DNA from: Podarcis cretensis
Taxonomy: Eukaryota
Length of the DNA stretch: 64,000 nt
Direction: 5' to 3'
Assembly: GCA_951804945.1 (NCBI GenBank)
Contig: OX638151.1
Span: 74,400,001-74,464,000 of the forward strand
Positions 36,393-47,126 of this stretch are shown here, piece by piece. The stretch's first letter is position 1. Every line of letters starts with the position of its first letter. The notes beneath the pieces are model-generated. The model was not told the DNA's origin, did no database searches, and was given only the letters and a program-made list of their open reading frames with translations. The translations under genes and the position numbers were made by a program.

Positions 36393-36398
36393 AATAAA
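36393..36398 (+). terminator. Probable SNX3 polyadenylation signal
   Basis: First AATAAA that I find after the SNX3 stop, about 580 nt downstream, preceded by several TGTA elements. Confidence 0.6.
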
Positions 36399-37983
36399 AA
36401 GTAAAAATGCACTTAGCATGTCCTTCCTGCGATGGGAAAAAATAGTCCTTCTCTCTACACCTTGGGCTGGCTTATCTCCCTGGATAAATGTCCCACTGCA
36501 CTGTGTTTTATGCTGGCTGTACCTTCCACTTAAGTAAATGGTTCTGAATTACTTCACTTCATTCAGCTTGAAATAGTAAAACTCCCATTGTAAGTTACAG
36601 TCCTATGTGTTACTGCTTCGGGGCAAGTCCTACATAAATCTTTGGGACTCCTGAGTTAACAGGGATAGGATTGTTGGTTTCCTTCATATGGTCGTGCAGT
36701 TACAGCTTATGGAGTACTGAATCAAAATTCTAGTACTCCTCTCTCTTACTCTGGGTAACAATATTCAGTGTAAGTTAGAATCATCATGCTATAGCTCTGA
36801 AGTCTTATGTGAGTTTTCTGCATTTGAACGATTAATTGCATTTGAACGATTAATTGCATCCAGTAGTATGTCGATGATTTCCTTGAACTTAACATAGCTA
36901 TCCCTTTGCAACACTCCCATGTCCTAGGATCTAACCGCATAAGCAGCCAATCTGTAGGTTCTGTCAACATGGTGAACCAAATTTTAATAGCTCAGATGTG
37001 TGTGTTTTAACAGCTATCAAGTGTGCCATGGTGGAAGGCAACCCATGTAGGGTTGGAATCAGGAGTAACCCTTCACATTTTATTTTTTTTAAGCATTAAT
37101 ACCTGGCCATTCCTTTAATTCTGATGAAAAAGCAGCAGCAGAGCTTCACTCCAGAACATGTGCCATTCCAGATGAGGACCAACACTGGTTTACTGCTAAA
37201 ACTTTCCCCATTCCTTGAGGGCATTTGCCCCCAAAGGTTCTGTTTGCCGTAGACAATAGGACAGCTCAAGAGGAGCATAAAGTCAATGCAGGGCCCCACA
37301 AGGGGTTTTTCTCTAAAGTTGTCAGAATAAGCACACTTTTTTAAAAAAACATGACTACCATGAATAGCTTTGTCTTCCAGGTTCATTACACTATGTATAT
37401 AATACTGTCTTGCATGCCAATTTACTTCATTAGTATGAGCTAAGATGGTTTTTCTAGATAGTTTTAAAATCTTCTCTTGTACATACTCCTCTGCAGCTCT
37501 AGCTGAGACCCAACTAACTTTCATCACAGTTACGTATTTACTGTTTTCTATGTGAGATACTTAAGTAATGCTTATTGGTGGGTAACTATATAAATTTCCC
37601 TTAGTGGAGCAGAAGAAGAACTTCTGAAGGAACTATTCCAGTGGTGTTAGAATGGTGCTGTAGGCATCTTTTTGAAATATACTTGAGAAACTTAGACAGT
37701 AGCTGCTTGTTCACCTTCTAAGGTGACATTTGTGTCCAGGCACACTTAGTATGGAGGGGCCACATTAAGCAGCGAGGTGCTGCTGTAAGCCTCCTGTACT
37801 ATCTACAACCTTGTGTGATAAGGTCCTAAATTGTACTGGGAGCCTACCCTTCTGTAGCAGGCTGCGCACAGTTGCCATGAGCATGTGGGATGGAGCTGTG
37901 TGACTGGGGGATAGGACTAAAGGCAGAGCTCCTTGGGACTTGTGTTGCCCCTTCGTGCAAGCAATTGCTCAATAGGGCAACTG

Positions 37984-38113
37984 CAACTGTAGGTAACCTT
38001 TGTGCCTCTAGATGTTCCTGAACTGCAACTCCCATCATCCCTGGCAGTTGCTAAAGGGGACTGATGGGATCTGTAGTTCAGCAACATCAGGAAGCCAAAG
38101 TACTCCACACCTG
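37984..38113. mobile_element. Hairpin hAT MITE (decayed)
   Basis: GATGTTCCTGAACTGCAACTCCCATCA / TGATGGGATCTGTAGTTCAGCAACATC arms. Confidence 0.7.
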
Positions 38114-38242
38114 TTCACTTTTGAATAAAACATAGCAGTATACTCACCCCATTGTAATTTTTTACCTGTTTCTTGGAAATTGCACCATCAGTGGGGAGTA
38201 ATGTTTAATCAAAGGCCGTACCATTTTAAACTTAATATATTT

Positions 38243-38248
38243 TTTATT
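38243..38248 (-). terminator. Probable NR2E1 polyadenylation signal
   Basis: AATAAA on the - strand at the end of a repeat-free AU-rich tract about 1.28 kb past the stop, with TGTA elements just upstream; transposon fragments resume beyond it. Confidence 0.6.
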
Positions 38249-38666
38249 CTTTGTAAATACAATGAGTACAACCTTAACTTCACAAATCAGTTAATCCATT
38301 TTTGTACAAGAGAAGTTTTACTCATTCTATGATACTTCAAGTGCTGGTTCTCCTTTCTCAGTGCTAGTTCCTAAAACAAATAAAAACTTGAAAAGTACAG
38401 CAGTTATCTTTTAATTCCCCCCTACATTTCCATAAGTGTATTTTCATCAAATTAAGCAGCTCATAATATGTGTGTTTTGTGAGGAGTGGTGAGAGAGAGA
38501 GAGGCTTTTATTAGAACCTGGACTTTTCTAAAAAGCCGCTAGAGTATTAGGTTTGTATTGATCAACCATCCTTTTCTTTCATTGTAAGACGGTTCAAAAC
38601 TGTTTTTATTATAAGTCAGGTACCTTTTTTGCACATCTCATTGACAAAGAGTTTGACCACCGTTGC

Positions 38667-38673
38667 CTTTGGT
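38667..38673 (-). promoter_or_regulatory. miR-9-5p 7mer-m8 seed site in the NR2E1 3' UTR
   Basis: mRNA-sense ACCAAAG is complementary to miR-9-5p nt 2-8 (CUUUGGU), and the match extends to nt 9. miR-9 repression of TLX is established in mammalian neural stem cells. Confidence 0.6.
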
Positions 38674-39523
38674 TTCAGCACTATGCCAATGGGACAGCTA
38701 TTAGTTCGCTGTATCAATCCTCTCCTTTTTCTTTTATTTGGTTTTGCTGTTTAGTCTTCGCTTAACATGCATTTTTTAAAAAGAAAAGAAAAACAACTTT
38801 TTATTTAAAGCTCTTTTGTCTGAGATGGTAATCCGAACTGAAATGTTGGCCAGACTTAGACGTGAAGTCCACCCCTTCGTGTTTTTTTTTTTAACAAGGA
38901 GGCATAGCCTATTGAATTCAAAAGGTATTTGCTGGCGTACTTCTTAAAAATCCATGATGAAGGCCACTTTTATTATTACGTTACAGATGAAGCAAATGTT
39001 TCTATAACCTGGTATTCAGTGTTGCCTCTCATATAAAAAGCATTCACTTAAACAAGCTACTTTAAAAAAACAAAAACCATTTTTGAAGGCCACCTCATGA
39101 CACATGACGACAGAACAATGTTTGGTTACCCCATTTTTCAAAGTATGAAGAAACAACAACCCTAAAGGACCTTCTTCTTTACCTTGTCACATCTGCCAAC
39201 TAAATGGCAGACTAGCACAGCCTTTGTTAACTATGAATGACAACTGAATTGGCTCCACTGGGAGAAGCAGCAGCCAAGTTCATTCTACAGCAGGTTTTTC
39301 CGTGGAGCACAGTATTTCCCCACCCACATCCCCAAGGACTTAAAGTTGCTCTGTTCAAGGCTGCAAAACCATATCTATTGGGTGTATTTTGTCACTAGGT
39401 TAAAACGTTTCCAGGCTCCAGCTTCTTGTAGAGTTTGTTAGCTGAGGCTTGCTCTCCATTGATCAAGAAGTTCTTCAGAAATGGTGACCCTGATCATTCT
39501 CATTTGCTCCCCCCCAGGTCAGT

Positions 39524-39686
39524 CTAGATGTCACTGGATTTGTACATATCTGAAAGCAGTCTTGTGATTGGCACATTCCCAATGGTTTTTTTGAAAAATA
39601 CTTCTTCTATTGTGGAGGGACTAATCGAACGTAAAGCTGGCAAAAGCAACAAGAGTTTCCCGAAGCGACAGGGCTGTGTGGGGTAT
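39524..39686 (-). CDS. NR2E1: Nuclear receptor TLX, exon 9 coding part (LBD end, AF-2)
   Basis: ccag|A TAC CCC ACA...GAC ATC TAG = YPTQPCRFGKLLLLLPALRSISPSTIEEVFFKKTIGNVPITRLLSDMYKSSDI*. Confidence 0.97.
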
Positions 39687-40481
39687 CTGGAAGGCAAGCA
39701 TGAGAGTTATTGCTATGGATATAAATAACACTCATAATATTTTTTATGCTGTTGATTGCCTTTGTGAAAGCCAACAATCAAAATGCCAACAAAATAGTAT
39801 ACTTTAAGAAATCTGAATGTGGTAAAGTGCAAAGGTGGACAGACTTCAGGCTTTTGAATCTACTTTTTTTTTTTACTAGAAATCAATCAGACTAATGTAT
39901 ACAATAGTAACTCATGGGATAGATACACATTAGAATTACACTTATGGGCACCTCTGAACACATGATCAGCCCAGAAATTTGCAGTACTAGAACTGCTTCC
40001 CAGTCTTTTCTGCCCACAATGCCATTCCAGTATTCTGTCCCCCTTCTTTGTTTCAGCAGCCTAATGAGAGGAGGGCTTTTTGCTGTTGATATCAGAAAAT
40101 CAGGAATTGGAAACCCTTGCCAACCTACTACAAATGCCAGAGATCTTCCAGTAGATTTCAATTTATCTGCTGCCCACTGCTGGTATAGTGGATGGAGTGA
40201 ATGCTGGACTGGCTCAGATCTCTGCACAGCCATGAGGTCCTCCCATTTGAAATCAGTGGGATTGGTTACCTGCAGAACTGTAGCTTGATTCTACACTTTG
40301 ATGATGTAACATGCTCCCCCCACCACAAAAAAATCAGTCAAAATTCTAAAAATATAAATTTTCACCCATGAAAGCATTCCAAAATTCAACAAGGTTGAAA
40401 TTCCAGGCTAAAGCCAGCTCTCATTTACACAACAGATTAAAAGCCACTTCACAGAAGCAAAGTGTCTTAAAAATGCCAATA

Positions 40482-40730
40482 CAGTTGTACCTTGCAAGTC
40501 GAACAGAATCCATTCCAGAAGTCCGTTCGACTTCTAAAACATTCGGAAACCAATGCGTGGCTTTGGATTGGCTGCAGGAAGCTCTTGCAGCCAATCGGAA
40601 GCCGCAGAAGCCCCATTGGACATTCCGCTTCCAAAATAGTTCGCAGACCGGAACAGTCACTTCTGGGTTTGTGGCGTTCGGGAGCCAAAACGTTTGGCCT
40701 GCAAGGTGTTCGGGATCCAAGGTACAACTG
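40482..40730. mobile_element. Second Tc1/mariner-type MITE family, in NR2E1 intron 8
   Basis: TA|CAGTTGTACCTTG...CAAGGTACAACTG (13-bp perfect TIR); internal palindrome GATTGGCTGCA...TGCAGCCAATC. Explains the overlapping spurious ORFs at 40368-40838. Confidence 0.85.
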
Positions 40731-40925
40731 AAATCTGATTGTGAAGAGAGAGAAGCTTTCTGTGCTGTTGTTGTTTTAAATTCATTTTGTTTCTCATTAA
40801 ACATTACGCCCTTTATTTCTCTTCCCCCTTTCATCTGAATTATTTGCCTGGGATGAATAAACTTACTGCAGGTACAGCAAATTAAGAGCTTGGGGAAAAA
40901 ATGTATTCAAATCTAGTGTCCTCAC

Positions 40926-41031
40926 CTAGTATGAATGTAGCTGTTCAGGGTGAGCTGAGCTTCATCTTGAAGAGCTGCAATGGCTGCAGCATTTCTAAAA
41001 CTTCTGAGTTCAGAACCGCTATGCGTAGGTA
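40926..41031 (-). CDS. NR2E1: Nuclear receptor TLX, exon 8
   Basis: tttcag|TA CCT ACG CAT...CAT ACT AG|gtgagg = (V)PTHSGSELRSFRNAAAIAALQDEAQLTLNSYIHT(R); 106 bp. Confidence 0.97.
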
Positions 41032-41903
41032 CTGAAAAGCAGATTGACCACTCTTCACTTATTAATCAGAACAGTCAATATTAACTCGATGCCAACTAAT
41101 GTTACACTTCACCACTTAACTCCATAGCACCACCTACAAGCATGAAGGCACATCTTGGTGATTCCATTTCACTGCTTATGGCATTCTAGAATTTCAGTTT
41201 GTCAACATGTGTCCCACCCTGAAAGCTCCCACAAATTTTAATAAGTGTAAAGCAGTGTCACATTTTCAGTTAGCAGCATTAAACAGATGAGACCAACACT
41301 GTTACTTGTTTTCATTTCAACCTCCAATGGCCAACCAAATAAAAACCTTGCGGACTTCCTTTGACAAGATACTCAGGCTTGGGCCTTGGTGAACATTAAA
41401 GGGCTGAGAATATACTGGAATCCATCTTCGAATGTTTATTCTCACCAAATATGGTGTGTGGAAGGCAGCATTTAGATGGCCAGTCTTGGTCAATCATAAA
41501 GTTCACAATAGGATGAAAAGGGAGACATGACACTTAAGTATGATGGACCCAAGCTATTGAGGGTTTTCTAGGTCTACCCCCAGTAGTCTCTGCAATACAA
41601 AATTGCTCAGACTCATCAAGATACCAATATGCTAAATTCTTCAGCAACTGAGAAGACAATTGCTTTCCTGAAAAACCCCCCTGTAATCCATGGAGTTTTA
41701 GAAGAGCCCATCTCAAGGAACAAGGATTGGTACTCATTTTATATTGGAATTTTCTGGGTGTCCCAGTTGAGAAGTGGCTCTGCCCTTCAGCCCACATCAT
41801 TAATCTATGATGTTCGTTGTAATCTGCTATTGGAGGTAGGATACTTGGCCACTGCACAGCCTACTGATAGATGCCCAAAAGGCTATTTTTATATTCCCCT
41901 TAC

Positions 41904-42053
41904 CAGCTTTAAAAGTGACGATGCATTTGAGACAGGCAAATTCTGTAGCATCTAACCGAAGCTGTCTAAATCTAGCCACAACCTCTTGTAAAGCCTGTAT
42001 TTCTGAGATAATCTTATTCAGCTTTTGAGAATCTGTGTTGTCTCCATTCATTC
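41904..42053 (-). CDS. NR2E1: Nuclear receptor TLX, exon 7
   Basis: ccag|GA ATG AAT GGA...AAA GCT G|gtaagg = (G)MNGDNTDSQKLNKIISEIQALQEVVARFRQLRLDATEFACLKCIVTFKA; 150 bp. Confidence 0.97.
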
Positions 42054-42377
42054 CTGGAACACAAACATGTGAAATAAATACACTAATAGGTCATCTGAAT
42101 GTATTTTATGGATTGATTTCTGCAAAAAATAAAAATAAAAATCACATGTATCAATAGCTATTCCATTGTTACATTGAGATCCGCTTCAACACAAAACTAA
42201 CTATAATGTAGGAAAGTTAGTATGAAATCTTCTGTTGGATGATAACAAACACAGTAATTTGCATTTAAATGACAATGCAAGCAGTCATGAATGCAACAAA
42301 ACAACATTATTTGCATTTAAATATAGATTTATAAATGACAGGTATACTCTATTGTTCGGAAGGGATTTGTTATTCTT

Positions 42378-42581
42378 NNNNNNNNNNNNNNNNNNNNNNN
42401 NNNNNNNNNNNNNNNNNNNNNNNNNNNNNNNNNNNNNNNNNNNNNNNNNNNNNNNNNNNNNNNNNNNNNNNNNNNNNNNNNNNNNNNNNNNNNNNNNNNN
42501 NNNNNNNNNNNNNNNNNNNNNNNNNNNNNNNNNNNNNNNNNNNNNNNNNNNNNNNNNNNNNNNNNNNNNNNNNNNNNNNNN
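42378..42581. other. Assembly gap (204 N), probably containing NR2E1 exon 6
   Basis: N-run seen directly. The expected exon 6 peptide (LMLLEDAWRELFVLGIAQWAIPVDANTLLAVS) was not found between exons 5 and 7. Confidence 0.9.
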
Positions 42582-43373
42582 TGGTGTATAATTTATAGAT
42601 TGATAAACAATTTCACTATGTAAATTTCTGTTGTTTTAGAAATGGCTTTAAAATGCCTGCGCTGTTTTCTCCCATCCCCACTCCTGCCGGGGACATTTTA
42701 GTTATCGCTTTCTCATCTTGATTAAGAGCATCCATGGATATTATAAAACGCCACCTATATAATGCTGGGGTGCTGCTTGAAAGGTATGGCTTCACCTGTA
42801 AGGTACTGCATAAAACCAAAAATACATGAAGCTCTTCTTGCACTCCACATGTGAAAGTTGCACAAAAGCGCTACTCTTTATATAAAATGAACATTGTCCA
42901 TCCAGGCTATTTTCTTTCTTCCATCACTGAAAATATTGGGGGGTGGGGAGGAGACACACCTATTTTTCAGACTGAATTTGACTTCCACAATCAAGCATCC
43001 TCTTTGTTTTTGCAACCTTCTTATAGTCATTTGTCCCAATGTAATGTAATAAATTGATCTGGTTAGGGAAGCAAATGACTACCATACAAGTTTTATTATA
43101 ATTTGTATAGAGTTTGCAGATAATCATTTCTCCTTGGGTTTGTTTAGGTAGCCGCATGTGGTTCCAGGTACCTTCTTCTCTCTCCAGGACAGGCCTGGCC
43201 CATTGGGCTAAAGCAGTTGCGTGGATTGCACAGGTAGTGCTGGTGTTACACAAGTCTTTTGTCAGTATAGCTCCACACAAAGCTTGTCAAATACTGGACA
43301 AAAGGGACCAGAAGACATTGTAATTAATTGGGCCTCCTGCATCCCTTGGTGCTGTTCTCCCTACTGTACAATA

Positions 43374-43669
43374 GGGCTGTCTGGAATTTCCTGGACATAA
43401 GCCCCCCTTAAGCAGCATCCGGTCGGGAAACCGCTGAAATTTCCAGGAAAATCCAGACGTATGGCAGCCCATGCCGGCACACAACAACTTTTGTGTAAGG
43501 TTACCAGATGTCCCCGTTTCCCGGGGACAGTCCCTGGATTTAGAAATCAGTCGCCTGACCAAATCCATCTATTTAGTAGGAAGTTGAAAAGTGTCCCCAG
43601 ATTCACTGGAAAGAATCTGGTAACTTTATTTTTGTGTCAACATTTTCACTTTCTGAAATATGGCAACCC
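43374..43669. mobile_element. GGG...CCC-ended MITE with a related MITE nested at ~43498-43626
   Basis: Outer element is an inverted homologue of 46005-46219 and ends ATATGGCAACCC|TA; inner element has ends GTTACCAGAT / ATCTGGTAAC. Confidence 0.7.
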
Positions 43670-44788
43670 TACTATGTTTTCACTGACAACCACTTCTATT
43701 GATAATGATGGTATTCAGCCACCAGGTGGTGGTAATGTTAGCTAACCTGCTACAAAGCTGCTCAGCTGTGTATGAAGCCCCACCCCATTCTCCACTGGTC
43801 ACTCACAAGTTTCCCAGCCTTGGGGAGGCAAAATTACCCAGAGGTGACCTTCCTATCTGACTTTGAGATTTCTGATAGCCCCCTGGGACTCAAAATTTGA
43901 CAACCTTCCCATATTGACAAAGTTGATCTCCAGTGTTTTGAGGACCAGTCACTCTGCTGGCCCAAAATATTTTGCTTTCTGGGGCAAAGGAGAAGACAGA
44001 CACTGCATTCCTGTTCCACATACAGAATCCAATTGGACAGGCAGCTGAATTGTACTTTGGCACTGAAGATGCCACAACATCTTCCCCCATAGCTGAGTGC
44101 AGCATCTACGATAATAGGAGGTGTGCAGTAGGCAGGTAAAGTCTTTGCTGTTCTCAAGTTAAGGTGCAAATGACTAAGTTAAAAACAACAGAATAATTTA
44201 AGTATAAAGAACAGCTTCTTTGTTTTCTGTCTCCTTCATTACTGACTGTGATTATTGGACCTATGACTTGCATTTGATGTAAGTGGGATGGACAGCAGAA
44301 GAAAAATGTCTAAACAAAAATCTACAGTTCAGAATTTTGGGTAACCCGAAACTTTGCAACTCACAGTCTGGTCTATAAAGCCCAGAGAGGATAATGGTGC
44401 AGTTAATGAAATCCTTGGGCTTTAAAAGAGGGATTAATTTCATGTAACAATTCATGCAACTTGCCTTTAATTTTGAATGTTAGATATGCAGCCAGTTCAT
44501 TTAAAATGACAGGATAATCTGATTCCTGACATGGATAATAGGCCTATTTTACAGAGATCTGTTCAGTGATCACTTTAATCTGCACTAAGCCATTCCTTGT
44601 ATATTGATGGGACTCTCATTTCTGAGAAAGTTTCTTCCCCCTTTACTTTTCTAGGTCTCAGTTCCTCAATTAGTATGTGCTTTGGAGAAAGTTCTGTGGT
44701 AAAGCAAACGAAGCCTTGCCTTAATTAGAAGTCACCCATGCTGGTGGCAGGGCATTTGCACTGGAAGGAAGAATGTGGAGGATGGGGT

Positions 44789-44954
44789 TCAGTTACAGAT
44801 AGGTAGCCGTGTTGGTCTGCCATAGTCAAAACAAAAAAATTCCTTCCAGTAGCACCTTAAAGACCAACTAAGTCAGTTCTTGGTATGAGCTTTCGTGTGC
44901 ATGCACTGACTTAGTTGGTCTTTAAGGTGCTACTGGAAGGATTTTTTTTGTTTT
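44789..44954 (-). mobile_element. Penelope-like element terminal fragment, inverted (foldback)
   Basis: 51-bp inverted arms, flanking 11-bp direct repeat GAGGATGGGGT; GGTAGCCGTGTTGGTCTG...GTAGCACCTTAAAGACCAAC...GAGCTTTCGTG resembles reptile Penelope pLTRs. Confidence 0.75.
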
Positions 44955-46004
44955 GAGGATGGGGTGTTGCAACTAATTTAATTAGGGGAATACGTAGTCT
45001 TTTCCATAAGGCAGGAAGAAGCAGAGAGATGATTGCTTGCTTTAAGGTAAGCACCATTTTAATTCAACGGGAGTAGGCATGGTTAGGATTGCTAATGCTC
45101 TTATTGCTCACATCCAATTTAAGTTGACATAGTTTAAAACAAGTCAGGTTTTTGGGAGGTGAGGGAGGGGAAATATAACTATCAAAAAAATATAAATTAG
45201 CTAAGTGCTGTGGACCCCCTGTTTTTCAAAAGCCAAGCCATGGACCCCCTACTTTTGAAATCTCTGGTAGTTTTTGTTATGTGAATGGTGCCATGGACCG
45301 CCCTGGGTGGGTTACATGGTCCCCCTTGGGTCCTTGGACCACCAATTGAGAACCACAGGCTTTGAGAAACATAGTCCACTCCTATACCAATCTGAATCAA
45401 TGTAGCTGAAGCCTTGATGCAAGTAGTTTTGCCTAAGTTCTGTTGACATCAGTGGGAGAAGGGAGGCACATGACTAACTAGAATTCCACAGATTTCAACA
45501 GTGCATGAGTGTAACACCACCACAGTTCTGATGCTTAGGGGCTCCAACATATTTAGTCTGCCTTGAGTGCACAGGGCACCACTGAACTCTTGCTCCAACA
45601 GATCACATGGAGATCACATGGTTGTACTAAACATTAGCTCCATGTGGAGGCATGTATGTTGCTAACATGGTTTCTGCATTTCCAGATGCTCTTTCTGGAG
45701 CCACCTTTAGTATGCAATTCTCAGCAGTCCTGCATACCCCCACCTGGAGGAATCATCTCAAAAAAATAAAAAACAACGACACCTTCATGCAATGCCCATT
45801 GAGTTGGCAGTCTGCTGGAGGCCCCACACCTTCCTGCAAGGGATCACGTGGGAGTTTCTGCCAACCAAGTTGGTTTTGGGGTGGCGATGGAATGTGCTAA
45901 CATCAATAAACTGCAAGCATTACCCAATCAGTTTGATTAACTCTTATGGCCTTGTTGAAGATTTTAAAATGAACACCCCTGAACTAAGACATGAAGCAAG
46001 ACTA

Positions 46005-46219
46005 GGGTTGCCATATTTCAGCGAATATCTGGACAGAAAAGTTGTTGAGCTTTTTTTTTAGTTTTGGCAAAACTGCAAAAAATAAAATAAAATGCCGTTT
46101 TTGAGCTGCCAACATGGGCTGCTGTACGTCCAGATTTTCCTGCACATTTTACCAATTTTCGCCTGGACACTGCTGCTGATTCTGTATATGTCCGGGAAGT
46201 TCCAGACATCTGGCAACCC
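46005..46219. mobile_element. MITE with TA|GGGTTGCCA...TGGCAACCC|TA termini (PIF/Harbinger-like)
   Basis: TIRs seen directly; superfamily assignment is inferred. Confidence 0.75.
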
Positions 46220-46609
46220 TAAGCGAGGCTTTCTCTTTCACCTTCTATGGAGGCTTGCCAAGACTTGTCCCCCACATAAAACTGCAGAGAATAGTCAAGT
46301 GGCATTGGCAGGGACTTATAACTGTGTTTGGTAACCTTTCGTGATAATGATTGCCTTTGTTTTCAGTTATGCTATGACTTTGACTATTCCATCCCCATTG
46401 TTCTGAATGTTGTACCCGCCTAACCCTTTACAAATAAATCCAGTCTAATTCCCTACTAAAAGCCAGGAATATTAACCACAAACTCCAACCAAGCAACTCA
46501 CTGCAGTACATGGTGTACTACAAAGAAAGAGCAGGTGCTCTGCAGAAGGGGTTTTGCTCTGCAATCAACTGCAGGTTCTAACCACAATGGTTTTGCTCGG
46601 CCTCCACTG

Positions 46610-46780
46610 TCAGAGGCATTATGCTTCTAAATACTGGTTGCTGGAGACCGCAGCAGCAGCGGATGGTGCTATTCTGCTTAGGTTCTGCTTGCCGGTGTCT
46701 CACAGGCATCCAGTTGGCCACTGTGAGAACAGGATGGTGGACTAGATGGACTGCTGGCCTGATCCACTAGGCTCATCTTA
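46610..46780 (+). mobile_element. CR1-type 3'-end fragment
   Basis: GGCATCCAGTTGGCCACTGTGAGAACAGGATGGTGGACTAGATGGAC...GGCCTGATCC...GGCTCATCTTAT. Confidence 0.55.
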
Positions 46781-46979
46781 TATAATTAAGTAAGCCAAGA
46801 CCAGAAGGCAACTGAAAAGGAACCTTTTAAATTATACTGGATGAAGTATATGTTTTAATCCATCACTTGGCTAACAACAGCACTGATAATCACATGGTCT
46901 AAATCAATCCTGAGCAATCAGCTTAACAGAAATGTTGTCATTTCCTCTCCCCCCCCCCCCAATTCCATATAAATCTTAC

Positions 46980-47126
46980 CTGATCTTGTAATGATAGAGT
47001 AGAAAAAGCAGGGACACTTTTAGCCCATTTGATGCTCATGAAGAGAAGCCTTGCCGCAGACTCACAAACAGATTCAGTAGCCACTTCGTAGAGATACATG
47101 GGAGTGCCACTGACTTCGTGTGGGTA
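46980..47126 (-). CDS. NR2E1: Nuclear receptor TLX, exon 5
   Basis: ttttag|TAC CCA CAC GAA...GAT CAG|gtaaga = YPHEVSGTPMYLYEVATESVCESAARLLFMSIKWAKSVPAFSTLSLQDQ; 147 bp. Confidence 0.97.

Noticed and set aside
38480-38490. let-7-like TGAGGAGTGGT as a let-7 site in the NR2E1 3' UTR
   Set aside because: No canonical seed match (GAGGTAG on the + strand is required); only a bulged resemblance.
40368-40838. 156-aa and 137-aa overlapping ORFs in NR2E1 intron 8
   Set aside because: They run through a non-autonomous MITE and show no transposase or other domain motifs.
42960-43280. ORF containing ALAQWARPV, resembling NR2E1 exon 6 (GIAQWAIPV)
   Set aside because: Similarity covers only a few residues, LLEDAWRELF is absent and no 97-bp exon with suitable splice sites frames it. 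The other exons are near-invariant, so this is treated as chance.
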